From assembly GCF_009914755.1 (NCBI RefSeq), contig NC_060937.1: a stretch of DNA of 64,000 bases. The stretch is one strand, 5' to 3'. Position numbers and translations under genes: made by a program. Of the stretch, positions 56,701-64,000 are shown piece after piece (position 1 is the first letter of the stretch; each line of letters opens with the position of its first letter). The notes under the pieces are model-generated. The model saw only the letters and a list, made by a program, of their open reading frames with translations. It was not told the DNA's origin and made no database searches. The stretch is from the human T2T-CHM13v2.0 reference genome, Homo sapiens.

Positions 56701-64000
<7,300 letters not shown>

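Overview
This is a human (hominoid-type) ribosomal DNA tandem array, not a prokaryotic or protein-coding region. It holds about 1.36 repeat units with a period of exactly 46,970 bp. The window runs: 5.8S 3' end, ITS2, 28S, 3'ETS, a complete intergenic spacer (IGS), the Pol I promoter (TSS ~40243), a full 47S unit, and the start of the next IGS. The IGS contains four Sal-box R repeats, two Long/Butterfly repeats, CT-rich tracts, about 20 Alu copies or fragments, an L1 3' fragment, a CDC27 retropseudogene, a p53 RGC site and CTCF-like sites. None of the listed ORFs is a credible gene. Leads worth a second look: (1) a recurrent TAA>TCA (TTA>TGA) substitution shared by Alus of several subfamilies, the L1 fragment and the CDC27 retrocopy; (2) the CDC27 retrocopy appears to be a ~3.8 kb copy of an intronically polyadenylated mRNA, with a splice donor, poly(A) and target-site duplication visible; (3) a diverged, duplicated CTCF + RFX X-box module, one copy carrying the first 11 nt of the 47S transcript; (4) kilobase AG-free polypyrimidine tracts with periodic branch-point-like anchors; (5) a long unit variant whose two copies look base-identical, possibly because the assembly is modelled. 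Comparisons to reference or consensus sequences are from memory, not computed.
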